NCBI GenBank assembly: GCA_003551625.1
Contig: PUNC01000043.1
Span: 11,027 to 75,026, forward strand
DNA: 64,000 nt
Source of the DNA: PVC group bacterium
GTDB taxonomy: Bacteria > Auribacterota > Erginobacteria > Erginobacterales > PUNC01
Reading direction: 5' to 3'
Below the pieces are notes generated by a model. That model ran no database searches. It saw only the letters and a program-made list of their open reading frames with translations, and had not been told where the DNA came from. The number at the start of each line of letters is the position of its first letter. The stretch's first letter is position 1. The translations under genes and the position numbers were made by a program. This document shows positions 51,198-63,148 of this stretch, piece after piece.

Positions 51198-52292
51198 ATG
51201 AAGATACTTATTGCTTGCCTGTTCGCGTTTGTGCCGGTAATCACCGCGGCGGGATGCCGTTCCGGGCCGCCCCGGCAACCCCTCCTGGTCGGCGTGGATG
51301 CCAACTACTCCCTGGAGATGGAGCGCGCCGGCGCGAAGTGGAAGTGGGACGGCAGGGAAACCGATCTCTTTCAAGGAATGGCGGCGATGGGAGTAAGGGG
51401 ATTCCGGGTCCGCCTGTGGACCACCGACGACGGCCCGTATGGGAGGCGATACGCCGCCGAAGTAATTAAAAGGGCCGCCGCGGCCGGGCTGGAACCTTAT
51501 CCGGTAATCTTCTTAAGCGATGATTGGGCGGATATGTTGAAGCAGCCGCTTCCGGCGGCGTGGAAGGATCTGTCTTTTGAAGAGCGGACGGCCGCGGTCA
51601 AGGACTACTCGCGGGAGATCGTCGCCTATCTGCGGAACGAAGGCTTGCGGGGACATATCTACGCGATCGGCAACGAGATCGATTTCGGTATCTGTGGCGA
51701 GTATCCCGGTGATGAGGCGGACAAAAACCCGGCGGCCCTGCGGGAGCGTTATTGGCCGCGCTCGGCGGAGCTGATAAAAGCGAGCCAGGCCGGAGTCCTG
51801 AAGTCTGATCCCGAGGCGCGTTTTATGCTGCATATCGCCCATTGGTGGGACGCGGATTTCTGCGAGGCCTTCTTTCATTTTATGATCGGCCGCGGGGTCC
51901 GGGTGGATTACGCCGGCCTTTCCTATTTCCCCTCTTCCGGCATCGGGGGATCTCTGGAAACGGATCAATTCGGGGATGTGGTTTCCCGGCTTGCCGGAGC
52001 GATCGGCCGCCCGGTGGTGGTGGCGGAGACCGCTTACCCCAGCACGGCGGATTTTGCGGGCCAGTTTGCCGGCTGGAAACACGAGGCGCCGGGCTATTCG
52101 CTGACGCCGGAAGGCCAGCGCCGGTGGCTGGCCGATTTTCTTTCGTTCTGCGCTTCCCATCCCGCGATCCAGGCCGTCTATTACTGGAGCCCGGAATGGT
52201 ACGGCGAAGGAATGTGGAAGGCCTTCGCTCTCTTTGATCCGGAAGGCGAGGCCAAGCCGTCGTGGGAAGCCATCGCGGGTTTCTCCTTATGA
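51198..52292 (+). CDS. Lipoprotein glycoside hydrolase, GH53-like (clan GH-A; arabinogalactan endo-beta-1,4-galactanase-like)
   Basis: Internal start MKILIACLFAFVPVITAAGC (lipobox). GNE acid/base and VAETAYP nucleophile motifs. Confidence 0.5.
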   Translation: MKILIACLFAFVPVITAAGCRSGPPRQPLLVGVDANYSLEMERAGAKWKWDGRETDLFQGMAAMGVRGFRVRLWTTDDGPYGRRYAAEVIKRAAAAGLEPYPVIFLSDDWADMLKQPLPAAWKDLSFEERTAAVKDYSREIVAYLRNEGLRGHIYAIGNEIDFGICGEYPGDEADKNPAALRERYWPRSAELIKASQAGVLKSDPEARFMLHIAHWWDADFCEAFFHFMIGRGVRVDYAGLSYFPSSGIGGSLETDQFGDVVSRLAGAIGRPVVVAETAYPSTADFAGQFAGWKHEAPGYSLTPEGQRRWLADFLSFCASHPAIQAVYYWSPEWYGEGMWKAFALFDPEGEAKPSWEAIAGFSL

Positions 52293-53032
52293 AGCGGCAG
52301 GCTTTTTCCAGGACGACCGCCTCCTTTTTCCTGAATCTCCTCTTTCCCCGCCGCTGCGCCGCCTGCGACGCGTCCCTGCGATTCGACAACGACGATTATC
52401 TTTGCCGGGACTGTTTGAAAAAGATCCACTGGCTGAGCGGTCCGCTTTGCTCGGTCTGCGGGCGTCCGCTTTTCGGCAAAGTGGTCGAGCCGGTGACCTG
52501 TTCCGCCTGTCTCGAGAACCCGCCGCATTTCGACCGGGCGCGTTCGGTTTTTTTTCTGGAAAGGGCGGGCCGGGAATTTATACTGAAGTATAAGTACGGG
52601 TCGAACCTCCATCTCTGCCGTCCGGCCGCCCGCTGGATGGCGGAACGGGGCGGGCGGTTTTATTCGTGGGACGATTACGACGGCTGGCTGGCGGTTCCCC
52701 TCCATCCCCGGAAGAGCCGGGAGAGAGGCTTCAACCAGAGTCTTCTTCTCGCCCGCCGTTTCAGCCGCCTGGTCTCGCTGGCGGCGGCCGGGGGAGGGCT
52801 GTCCAGGAGCAGGTTCACGCGCACCCAGACCCGGCTGACGCTCGCCCGGAGGCGAGAGAACGTCCGCGGGGCGTTCCGGGTCGGGAGACCGAAAAAGGTC
52901 TGGCGCCGCCGCCTGCTCCTGATCGACGATGTCTATACCTCCGGGTCCACGGTAAACGAGTGCGCCCGAACGCTGAAATCGGCGGGCGCGGCGGCGGTGG
53001 AAGTTCTGACGCTGGCCCGGGTAAGACTGTGA
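52289..53032 (+). CDS. comF: ComF-family protein (phosphoribosyltransferase domain)
   Basis: N-terminal double CxxC Zn ribbon. C-terminal PRTase motif LIDDVYTSGST. Confidence 0.65.
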   Translation: MKRQAFSRTTASFFLNLLFPRRCAACDASLRFDNDDYLCRDCLKKIHWLSGPLCSVCGRPLFGKVVEPVTCSACLENPPHFDRARSVFFLERAGREFILKYKYGSNLHLCRPAARWMAERGGRFYSWDDYDGWLAVPLHPRKSRERGFNQSLLLARRFSRLVSLAAAGGGLSRSRFTRTQTRLTLARRRENVRGAFRVGRPKKVWRRRLLLIDDVYTSGSTVNECARTLKSAGAAAVEVLTLARVRL

Positions 53033-53042
53033 GAGCCGACGG

Positions 53043-53819
53043 ATGACGAAAACCGAAAGCCGGCCGGTCCGGCTTCAGAAGTATCTGGCCGAGTCGGGCG
53101 TGGCCTCGCGCCGGGCGGCGGAGGTTATGATCCGGGAAGGGCGGATCGCGGTCAACGAGCGGAAGACGACGGAGCCGGGATCCAAAGTCGTCCCGGGAAA
53201 GGACCGGGTGAAGGTCGATGGCGAGGAGGTTGCCCCGGCGGAGAAGGTTTACCTGCTCCTGAACAAGCCGCGGGGTTGTCTGACTTCGCTTTCCGATCGT
53301 TTTCAGCGGCCGCTGGTTCGAGATTTTCTTCCCCCGCGGTTGGGGAGGATATTTCCGGTGGGCCGGCTTGATTTCGATACTGAAGGGCTGTTGTTGCTGA
53401 CCAACGACGGCGAGTTCTGCCAGCGAATGATCCATCCCCGCCATCAGGTCTGGAAAACCTATCGGGCCGATCTGCGCGATCCGCTGACGCCGGAACAGGC
53501 CGAAAATTTGAAACGGGGAGTGAAGCTTGACGCCGAAATAACCTCCCTGCCCGCCCGGGTGAGGGTGGTATCGCCGGACCGCCGCCGAGTCGAGATCTCG
53601 ATCCGGGAAGGGAGAAAACGCCAGGTGAAGAGAATGGCCTTGGCGGCGGGAAACCGCGTGACCGCCCTCAAAAGGGTGAGCCTGGGCCCTTTGCGGTTGC
53701 GGGGGCTGGAGCCCGGGCAATGGAGGAAGCTGTCTTTCAAAGAAGTCGCGATGCTGCTTGAGTCGGGAAAAATGGATTCCCGGACGCCGGAGAAAGGAAC
53801 GGGGGGGAAAGTTGAATAG
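53043..53819 (+). CDS. Pseudouridine synthase, RsuA/RluB family
   Basis: S4 domain (RLQKYLAESGVASRRAAEVMI). Catalytic motif GRLDFDTEGLLLLTNDGEF. Confidence 0.8.
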   Translation: MTKTESRPVRLQKYLAESGVASRRAAEVMIREGRIAVNERKTTEPGSKVVPGKDRVKVDGEEVAPAEKVYLLLNKPRGCLTSLSDRFQRPLVRDFLPPRLGRIFPVGRLDFDTEGLLLLTNDGEFCQRMIHPRHQVWKTYRADLRDPLTPEQAENLKRGVKLDAEITSLPARVRVVSPDRRRVEISIREGRKRQVKRMALAAGNRVTALKRVSLGPLRLRGLEPGQWRKLSFKEVAMLLESGKMDSRTPEKGTGGKVE

Positions 53820-54828
53820 CCGGAAGGGACGATTGCCGGTTCTGGCGCTGCTTGCCGCCGTCATCGCCGCCGCTCTAAATCCGGCCGGGCGGGCCGGAAG
53901 GAACGGTATTGTCGCCGGGGTCGGCGAGGAGATCGAACTGGATCCCATCGGCCGGCGGCGCTACTTTTTCCGGGTGGTGGAAGTGGACGAGGAACGGGGA
54001 GAGGTTAAGCTGGACTTGGCGGAAAGATGGTATCCCGGCTGGCCCCACTACTTGCCCAAAGAAGATAAGTTCAAGTATTTCAACCTGGGCCTGCTGGGGG
54101 CGACGGCTCTCTATGGCCTGTTGTTCTGGGATTACGGGACTTCTTCTTTCCGTTTCGGGAGCGAAGGCTGGTTCGGAGCCGATACCGATTATGGCGGGAC
54201 GGACAAGGTCGGTCACGCCTGGACCACCTACCTCCTCTGCAATGTCTTCAACGCTATCTACCGGCACTGGGGGTACGAACCGGAAGAGGCGGCGCTCCGG
54301 GGTACGCTCAGCGGATTGGGTATGGTGACCGTGGTGGAGGTCGGAGACGGCTTCAGCCGGGCCCACGGTTTTTCCTGGGAGGATCAGTTGGCGAATTTTG
54401 TCGGGGCCGGGATGGCTTATCTCCGGCTCCGGGTCCCGGAGGTGGCCCGGGTGGCCGACTTCCGGATGGAATGGATTCCTTCTCCTTCCCTGAGGTATGG
54501 AAGAAGAAGCGACTGGGTCACCGATTATTCGGGTTACAAGTTTCTGCTGGCTTTCAAGCCGGAAGGGATATTCGATACCGGCCATCCGGCAATGCGCCTG
54601 CTCGAATTTCACCTCGGCTATTACACCCGGGGATTTCTCAGCCCCGACCATCATTATTTCGATGAAAAGCGCCGGGTGGTTTACGCGGGAGTGGGAATAA
54701 ACGTCACCTCGCTGCTGGAGATGACCGTCGGCACCGACGCGGGGCGGGTATTCGACTACATCCAGGTCCCCTACACTTACCTCCCGGTGAGGAAGAGCTG
54801 GACCACTCCCCAAACGCGTCGCCGGTAG
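53758..54828 (+). CDS. Hypothetical periplasmic/lipoprotein-like protein with a conserved DKVGHAW motif
   Basis: Hydrophobic N-terminal segment LPVLALLAAVIAAAL, aromatic-rich. The start is uncertain: the ORF-track start at 53758 overlaps the rluB 3' end, and a TTG near 53810 is possible. Confidence 0.45.
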   Translation: MSREKWIPGRRRKERGGKLNSRKGRLPVLALLAAVIAAALNPAGRAGRNGIVAGVGEEIELDPIGRRRYFFRVVEVDEERGEVKLDLAERWYPGWPHYLPKEDKFKYFNLGLLGATALYGLLFWDYGTSSFRFGSEGWFGADTDYGGTDKVGHAWTTYLLCNVFNAIYRHWGYEPEEAALRGTLSGLGMVTVVEVGDGFSRAHGFSWEDQLANFVGAGMAYLRLRVPEVARVADFRMEWIPSPSLRYGRRSDWVTDYSGYKFLLAFKPEGIFDTGHPAMRLLEFHLGYYTRGFLSPDHHYFDEKRRVVYAGVGINVTSLLEMTVGTDAGRVFDYIQVPYTYLPVRKSWTTPQTRRR

Positions 54829-54888
54829 GCGGGGAAGCGGAATCCGGCGAATCTTTTAACCGCGGAACCGGATTACAGGAGAAAGAAA

Positions 54889-57489
<2,601 letters not shown>

Positions 57490-57564
57490 TAGAGTTGGAA
57501 GAGTTGATAAGTTGATAAGGAAAGGCTCTCCCTTTATCCGTTCCCGTTCCCGTCCTCCTCCACG

Positions 57565-57624
57565 TACTCTTACACCTACTCTTACACTTACTCTTACACC
57601 TACTCTTACACCTACTCGTTTACG
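57565..57624. repeat. Five tandem 12-mers TACTCTTACAC(C/T) between convergent clpB and the methyltransferase gene
   Basis: Perfect 12-bp periodicity 57565-57612, plus a degenerate fifth unit overlapping the last codons of the minus-strand methyltransferase. Confidence 0.8.
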
Positions 57625-58397
57625 AAACCGTTGTCGGGATTACCGCCATCGGCCTTCCTCGCGCAGACGGTTATTCCGTCGCGCAGGCTCGGAGGGAATA
57701 AGGGGCCCAGGAGCCGGAAGAGGCGCGAGGACCGGGTCTTCCGCAGGAAGTAGTTCGCCGCGGCCGTCGAAGAGACGGAAAGGCCGGCCGCCCGCACCAG
57801 GTCCGCCAGCTCGCGCGTCGTGTATTCGCGGAAATGTCCGGCGCTTTGCCGCCGGTCCCGGATCATCTCGAACGGATTCCGTCCGACCAGCATCCGCAAC
57901 CGCTTGGGCAGGGAGCAGGCGTTGGGGGTCTGCACGATGAGGAAACCGCGCGGTTTGAGCATCCCGGACAAAAGCTCGAAGACCGGGCCCGGGGCGACGG
58001 GAAGATGTTCGATGACCTCGGCCATCACGATGATATCGTAAGGGGCCGGCCGCGGCCGGTCCGCCGCGTCGCCGGCTTCGGTGAGATCGTATTCGATATG
58101 CCGGTCGCTCTCCCGGCACCGGAAACGCCGGTCCTGAAACCCCAGGCTGTCGACGGTCCCGGCGAGGTTGTCGTCGCGCATCAGCTGGGTCGGGAAACTC
58201 GGCCCGACATCCAGGATCCGGCCGCCCGCGAGTCGGGGGTCGGAACGGCAAGCGTCGAGACAGGCCCGCAGGGTGTCGAGCAGGAAAGCGTAACGCCGCG
58301 CGTGGAAGCGCAGGTAAGACCGGGCTTCGTCGTCAAGTTCCCAATCGCTGAAATGGGAGATGATGCTCTGGTAATCGGCGACCATTAGAATCCTCAA
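57612..58397 (-). CDS. Class I SAM-dependent methyltransferase
   Basis: SAM-binding motif ILDVGPSFP and acidic loop. 261 aa. Confidence 0.65.
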   Translation of the reverse strand: MRILMVADYQSIISHFSDWELDDEARSYLRFHARRYAFLLDTLRACLDACRSDPRLAGGRILDVGPSFPTQLMRDDNLAGTVDSLGFQDRRFRCRESDRHIEYDLTEAGDAADRPRPAPYDIIVMAEVIEHLPVAPGPVFELLSGMLKPRGFLIVQTPNACSLPKRLRMLVGRNPFEMIRDRRQSAGHFREYTTRELADLVRAAGLSVSSTAAANYFLRKTRSSRLFRLLGPLFPPSLRDGITVCARKADGGNPDNGFVNE

Positions 58398-58556
58398 GTT
58401 ACCGCCCGGGCCGTTACGGTTTCTTTCTCCGCTAAGAAAATTTTATCCAATCGCCCCCTTATCGGTCAAAGGGATATGGCCCGTTGAAAGCCTCGATTTC
58501 GTTGTTATTATCGTATAATATGACGAAGTAAACGCCGGATCGAATCGAGGACGGAG

Positions 58557-59492
58557 ATGACCGAAGGGCAATCGACAAAAACCGATCGGGAGTTTCTTTC
58601 AGGACCCTCTTATCTCTCCCTTTTCGAGTCCGGCCGCTTCAAGGGCTTGCTCGGCCGGTTGGAGGAGTTGATGGCGGACTGTTCCCTCTGCCCGCGCAAC
58701 TGTGGCGTAAACCGGATCAAGGGCGAGACGGGCTACTGCCGGACCGCCGCGGCCCCGGTGATCTCGTCGCACGGGCCGCATTTCGGGGAGGAGCGGGTCC
58801 TGGTCGGCCGCCGCGGCTCGGGGACGATCTTTTTCACCCACTGCAACCTCCGCTGTATCTTCTGCCAGAACTACGACATCTCCCAGCTGGGGCGGGGGAG
58901 GGAGACCGGTTTTTCCGAGCTGGCCGAGATTATGCTCTCGCTCCAGGAGACCGGCTGCCACAACATCAATTTCGTCAGCCCCACCCACCAGGTTTACCAG
59001 GTCCTGCGCGCCCTGGAGCTGGCCGTTCCCCGTGGTCTGCGGCTGCCCCTGGTTTACAACAGCGGCGGCTACGACTCGGCCCCCGTCCTGCGTCTCCTCG
59101 ATGGGCTCTTCGATATCTATATGCCCGACTTCAAATACTCCGACCCCGCGACCGCCGCCAGGCTGAGCGACGCCCCCGACTACCCCGAGCGGGCGAGGGA
59201 GGCGGTCTCCGAGATGTTCCGCCAGGTCGGCGATTTGGTCATCGGTCCCGACGGCGTGGCCCGGCGGGGCTTGCTGGTCCGCCACCTGGTCCTGCCGGAG
59301 GACCTGGCCGGCACCGAAGGGGTGGTGGAGTTTCTCGAGAAGCTTTCGCCGAATACCTATCTCAACCTCATGGACCAGTATCGCCCGGAGTTCCGGGCGG
59401 GGGAAGAACCACGGCTCGACCGGCCGCTTACCGCCGGGGAGTTCTCCCGCGCCCGGGCGATTGCCCGGAGCCGGCTGCCCCGGGGGGAATGA
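58557..59492 (+). CDS. PflX-like radical SAM protein (COG1313; PflA-activase-like)
   Basis: N-terminal Cys cluster CPRNCGVN...GYC. Radical SAM motif CNLRCIFCQN. Confidence 0.7.
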   Translation: MTEGQSTKTDREFLSGPSYLSLFESGRFKGLLGRLEELMADCSLCPRNCGVNRIKGETGYCRTAAAPVISSHGPHFGEERVLVGRRGSGTIFFTHCNLRCIFCQNYDISQLGRGRETGFSELAEIMLSLQETGCHNINFVSPTHQVYQVLRALELAVPRGLRLPLVYNSGGYDSAPVLRLLDGLFDIYMPDFKYSDPATAARLSDAPDYPERAREAVSEMFRQVGDLVIGPDGVARRGLLVRHLVLPEDLAGTEGVVEFLEKLSPNTYLNLMDQYRPEFRAGEEPRLDRPLTAGEFSRARAIARSRLPRGE

Positions 59493-60115
59493 GGGAACAC
59501 CGAAAGTCAAGATACCGGGGAGGACTCGTGAAGACAAAAAGCCTGGCTGTCGTGGCGGTCAAGATCACCGGGATCGTTTTTCTGGTCATCGGGCTGTTCC
59601 GCCTGCCTTACTCGGTCATAGTCGTGCTTCAATATCAGCTCTACCGCGGGCCGGATGAGGGCTCGGCGTTTGTCGCTTTGTTCACCGTGATCGCCTACGG
59701 AGTTATATTCGGCGCGGGCCTCTTCTTCTTGTTCGCCGGGGAGAAGGTGGGGGCGTTCATCAGCCGGGACGAGTCGGAAGCCTCTCTTGCCGTTCGGGAA
59801 AAAGAACTGCTGCGCGTCGCCATCGCCATTATCGGGGCTTGCGTTCTGGCGATCGCTCTTCCCCGACTCGCCGGGAATTTGACCGAGGCTTTGATTGCGC
59901 GGCGGCTCGGTCTTCCTCCCATCGCTCGGGAAACGAGGTTGAGATACCTGCCCGGGCTGATCGCTTCCGCGGTTCAGACCGTCATCGGCGCGTGGCTGTT
60001 CTTCGGAAGCCGCGGGGTCGCGGGAATTCACGACCGCCTGCGTCGCGCGGGGATGAAGAAGGAAAAAAAGGCGGCGCGGGAGAAGGCGTCTTTTTCGGAA
60101 GATTCGAAAACGTAG
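59489..60115 (+). CDS. Hypothetical 4-TM membrane protein
   Basis: Four hydrophobic helices. Lys-rich C-terminal tail. Translationally coupled to the radical SAM gene. Confidence 0.45.
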   Translation: MREHRKSRYRGGLVKTKSLAVVAVKITGIVFLVIGLFRLPYSVIVVLQYQLYRGPDEGSAFVALFTVIAYGVIFGAGLFFLFAGEKVGAFISRDESEASLAVREKELLRVAIAIIGACVLAIALPRLAGNLTEALIARRLGLPPIARETRLRYLPGLIASAVQTVIGAWLFFGSRGVAGIHDRLRRAGMKKEKKAAREKASFSEDSKT

Positions 60116-60142
60116 CCGCGTCGCGCCGGATGACCTGAAGAG

Positions 60143-60550
60143 ATGGCGGCCGCGTTTAAAAAAGGACGAAAAGCCGAGTTGGTGCGGGAATGCATCCGCC
60201 GACGCCGGAGGAGGAGGATTCTCTACCAGGTTTTTCTGGTGCTGGCTTTGACCGCCGGCGGCCTTTACCTGACGATCAGGTATGTCGAGGATACGATGCT
60301 CCCGGCCTGGATGGAGACCCCGGCCCGGGAGAGGGCTTTCGATCCTTCCGCCGCCTGGGAGGAGGTTCGGGAGCTGATCGATGAAGCGCGGGCCAACGAA
60401 TTCCGGGGGCGCCGGGAGCTGGCGGAGAAAAACTACATCCGCGCGCTGGCCCTGATCCGCGAACTGAAACGCCGGGCTCCCGCTTTTAACCGGGAGGAAG
60501 TGCTGCGGGCGGAGCAATTGAGCCGGGACAAAGTCCGGGCCTTGAAGTAG
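60143..60550 (+). CDS. Hypothetical small single-TM protein with Arg-rich N-terminus and coiled-coil C-terminus
   Basis: RRRRRRR then a TM segment LYQVFLVLALTAGGLYLTI. 135 aa. Confidence 0.4.
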   Translation: MAAAFKKGRKAELVRECIRRRRRRRILYQVFLVLALTAGGLYLTIRYVEDTMLPAWMETPARERAFDPSAAWEEVRELIDEARANEFRGRRELAEKNYIRALALIRELKRRAPAFNREEVLRAEQLSRDKVRALK

Positions 60551-60556
60551 CTCTCT

Positions 60557-62986
60557 TCAGGGGAGGCACGCGCGGCAGGGGCTGAGACCTTCCTGCAGGG
60601 CCCGGGAGCGGTGGGCGATCCGGAACAGGTTTCTCGGCGCGATTCTCCGCGCGTGCTCGCACCAGGGATAGTGAAAGATACTGCGGTGGCGGCTGGAGAC
60701 GTAATAGACCTCCCGCCCCAGGTGCTCCTCCAGCCGTCGGGCCAGCTGGTGGTCGGTGTCGACCGAGTAGGGGTCGACGGAGTTGGCCGCCTTCAACAAC
60801 TCGATGCCGATCTCGTGCCGACCCTCTTCGCAGAGAATCCCGCCTAAAAGAGCGAGCGCCTCGGGCTCGTCGCCTTTTACCCGCAGGCAGTCTTTCAGCT
60901 CGCCCGCCGCCGGGCCGCTCCATCCCCGTCGCGCGAAGAGACGGCCCAGGGCCAGCGGGTAGCGGTAATCGTAGGGCTGGATGTTTTTCGCCCGGCGATA
61001 GGCGATTATCGCGGGAATGTGGTTGCCGGCCTCCTCGTGGATCCTGCCGGCCAGGTAGTGAGCGTAGTCGTTTTCCGGCCAGCGCCTGGTCGCTTCGTTC
61101 AGCAGCCGGAGCGCCGCTTTGGGATTTCCCTCTTCCCGGGCTTGCTCCGCCCGGCTCAGGCTGAGCAGGGCCACGCGCTGGGACGGGGGGGCTGAAGTTT
61201 CGGGCTGCCGGAGCAGGGGACTCAAGCGGCGCAGCCGCTCCACCGGAGAGGAGTTGTCGGCATCCCGGCGGATGAAGGTTTCCCGGTCCAGCCAAACGGT
61301 GTCCAGAAAGGCGGGGACGTAGGCCGGGATGCCGAGGTCCTCGTTTACCCGGCGGGCCAGGTTTACCGCCGGCCCGGCTTCGCCGTGGACCACGATCACC
61401 CCCTTGAGGTCCCGGTAACCGCCGACACACTCCAGGAGCATATTAAGATCGGCGTGGGACGAGAACTGCCCGAAATATTTCACCCGGGCCCTCACCGGTA
61501 TCACCCTCCCCCCGATCACCACTTCAGGCAGTTCCATCGCGGCCCTTCCCACCGATTCCGGGCTCTGCCAGCCCACGATGAAAAAGTTGGCGGCGGGGTC
61601 GGAAAGGTATTCTTCGGCCAGCTCGAGAGCGGCGACGAAATCCATCATTCCCGAAGAGGTTATGATGACGGCCGGGCGGCCGACCTCGCCGTGTTCACGC
61701 TCGTAGGCCCGGAGGGAGCCGTAGAAAATCCCGGGGTTTTCAAACGGATTGCGTCGGCTTTCTCTCCTCGCGAAAGCGGGGTTGAAGTATTCGCGGCCCG
61801 CTTGCCGGAGGTAACGGTTGTAAACCCGGTTCAGCCGGTCCACGGTCGGGGAGGTTACGATCACCGGGCAGTTCCCCGGTATCTTCTCGTCGTAGATCAG
61901 GTCGGAGATGACGGAGACGATCTTCTGCGATTTGCTCAGGACGAAGGCCGGGATGATCACCCTTTCCCGCCGCCGGATCGCCGCCAGCAGTTCGTCTTCG
62001 AATTCCTTGAAGTAGGGCTTCTCAAAACTCCTCTCGGTGTCGCCGTAGGTGGACTCGATCACCAGGTAATCGGCCTCCCGGAGCCGGGCGGGGGGATGGT
62101 AAAGGGGGGAGATCTTGTTTCCGTAATCGCCGGTGAAGACGATTCGCAGCGGGTCGTCGCCGTCACCCAGGATCAACTCCACCTGGGCGCTCCCCAGGAT
62201 ATGGCCGGCGTCGTGAAAACGGAAAGCGATCCCCTCTTCAAGCCGGAAGAGGCTGTCGTAGTCCACCGTCTCTATCCAGTCGTCGATCTCGGCGCTCAGC
62301 CGCGCCTCCAGGGCGCGGGTGATATCCCGGCACCCCCGGCACCAGCCGTAGTTCAGGTTGCTCTCCCAGACGGCGGCGTTAAAGGTTTCCAGGGAGTCGC
62401 GGGGAGAGACCTCGGCGGCCGCTTCGCAGTCCCGGCTGTGGACGACCTTCCCGGCCAGATCCACCAGCCGGGGGCCGGCGCCGATGCCGATCCCGACCTG
62501 GAACATAATCTCGGCGATATCCCTGGTGGGCGGGGTGGCGTAAACCTTTCCTTCGTAGCCCAGCCGGTAGAGGAGGGGGACCCGCCCGGCGTGGTCTCCG
62601 TGGGCGTGGGTGATGATGACGTGGTCGATCTCGGCCGGATCGAACTCGAACCTCCGGTCCAGCGGTTCCAGGGCGGTTTCATAGAAGAGGCCGGCTTCGA
62701 CCAGGATCTTTCTTCCCCGGTATTCCACCAGGAAGCAGCTCCCGCCCACCAACCGCGCCGCGCCGTGAAAGGTTATCCCGGCGGCCCGGCCGGATTTCAG
62801 GGCCGCTTCCGCGTCGGCGCGATACGGGATGGTGTTGTATTGTTTCGCCGGGGCTTCGGGGGTACGCTCTCCGGCCGGCTTTTTGTCCCCGGGGGCCTCT
62901 CCGACCCTTCCCGAGGCCGCGATTATCCCGGCGGCCGCGGCCGGAGGGATGAGCCACTTGAGGAGTCTGAAAATTCGCCGTTTCAC
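60557..62986 (-). CDS. Secreted/anchored beta-CASP metallo-beta-lactamase nuclease fused to TPR repeats and a C-terminal Ada-like Zn-binding domain (809 aa)
   Basis: N-terminal signal/anchor. MBL motifs HAHGDH, FHDAGH, TGDYG and beta-CASP SSHAD. TPR repeats. C-terminal FHYPWCEH...F....A...G.SPCRAC.P aligns to the Ada N-terminal Zn-binding domain pattern. Confidence 0.7.
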   Translation of the reverse strand: MKRRIFRLLKWLIPPAAAAGIIAASGRVGEAPGDKKPAGERTPEAPAKQYNTIPYRADAEAALKSGRAAGITFHGAARLVGGSCFLVEYRGRKILVEAGLFYETALEPLDRRFEFDPAEIDHVIITHAHGDHAGRVPLLYRLGYEGKVYATPPTRDIAEIMFQVGIGIGAGPRLVDLAGKVVHSRDCEAAAEVSPRDSLETFNAAVWESNLNYGWCRGCRDITRALEARLSAEIDDWIETVDYDSLFRLEEGIAFRFHDAGHILGSAQVELILGDGDDPLRIVFTGDYGNKISPLYHPPARLREADYLVIESTYGDTERSFEKPYFKEFEDELLAAIRRRERVIIPAFVLSKSQKIVSVISDLIYDEKIPGNCPVIVTSPTVDRLNRVYNRYLRQAGREYFNPAFARRESRRNPFENPGIFYGSLRAYEREHGEVGRPAVIITSSGMMDFVAALELAEEYLSDPAANFFIVGWQSPESVGRAAMELPEVVIGGRVIPVRARVKYFGQFSSHADLNMLLECVGGYRDLKGVIVVHGEAGPAVNLARRVNEDLGIPAYVPAFLDTVWLDRETFIRRDADNSSPVERLRRLSPLLRQPETSAPPSQRVALLSLSRAEQAREEGNPKAALRLLNEATRRWPENDYAHYLAGRIHEEAGNHIPAIIAYRRAKNIQPYDYRYPLALGRLFARRGWSGPAAGELKDCLRVKGDEPEALALLGGILCEEGRHEIGIELLKAANSVDPYSVDTDHQLARRLEEHLGREVYYVSSRHRSIFHYPWCEHARRIAPRNLFRIAHRSRALQEGLSPCRACLP

Positions 62987-63148
62987 AAAAGAGAGGGCCG
63001 TTCGAAGAACGGCCGCGGCGGATGGAGTTTAAGCGGACGGATTTGACGGCGGTGGAAGGGAATTGATTCCACAATCGGATGCCTTTCCTTATAATCGGCT
63101 TTCAGGATAAACGACTTTTGCCGATCTTAACATAATGAAAGGACAAAG

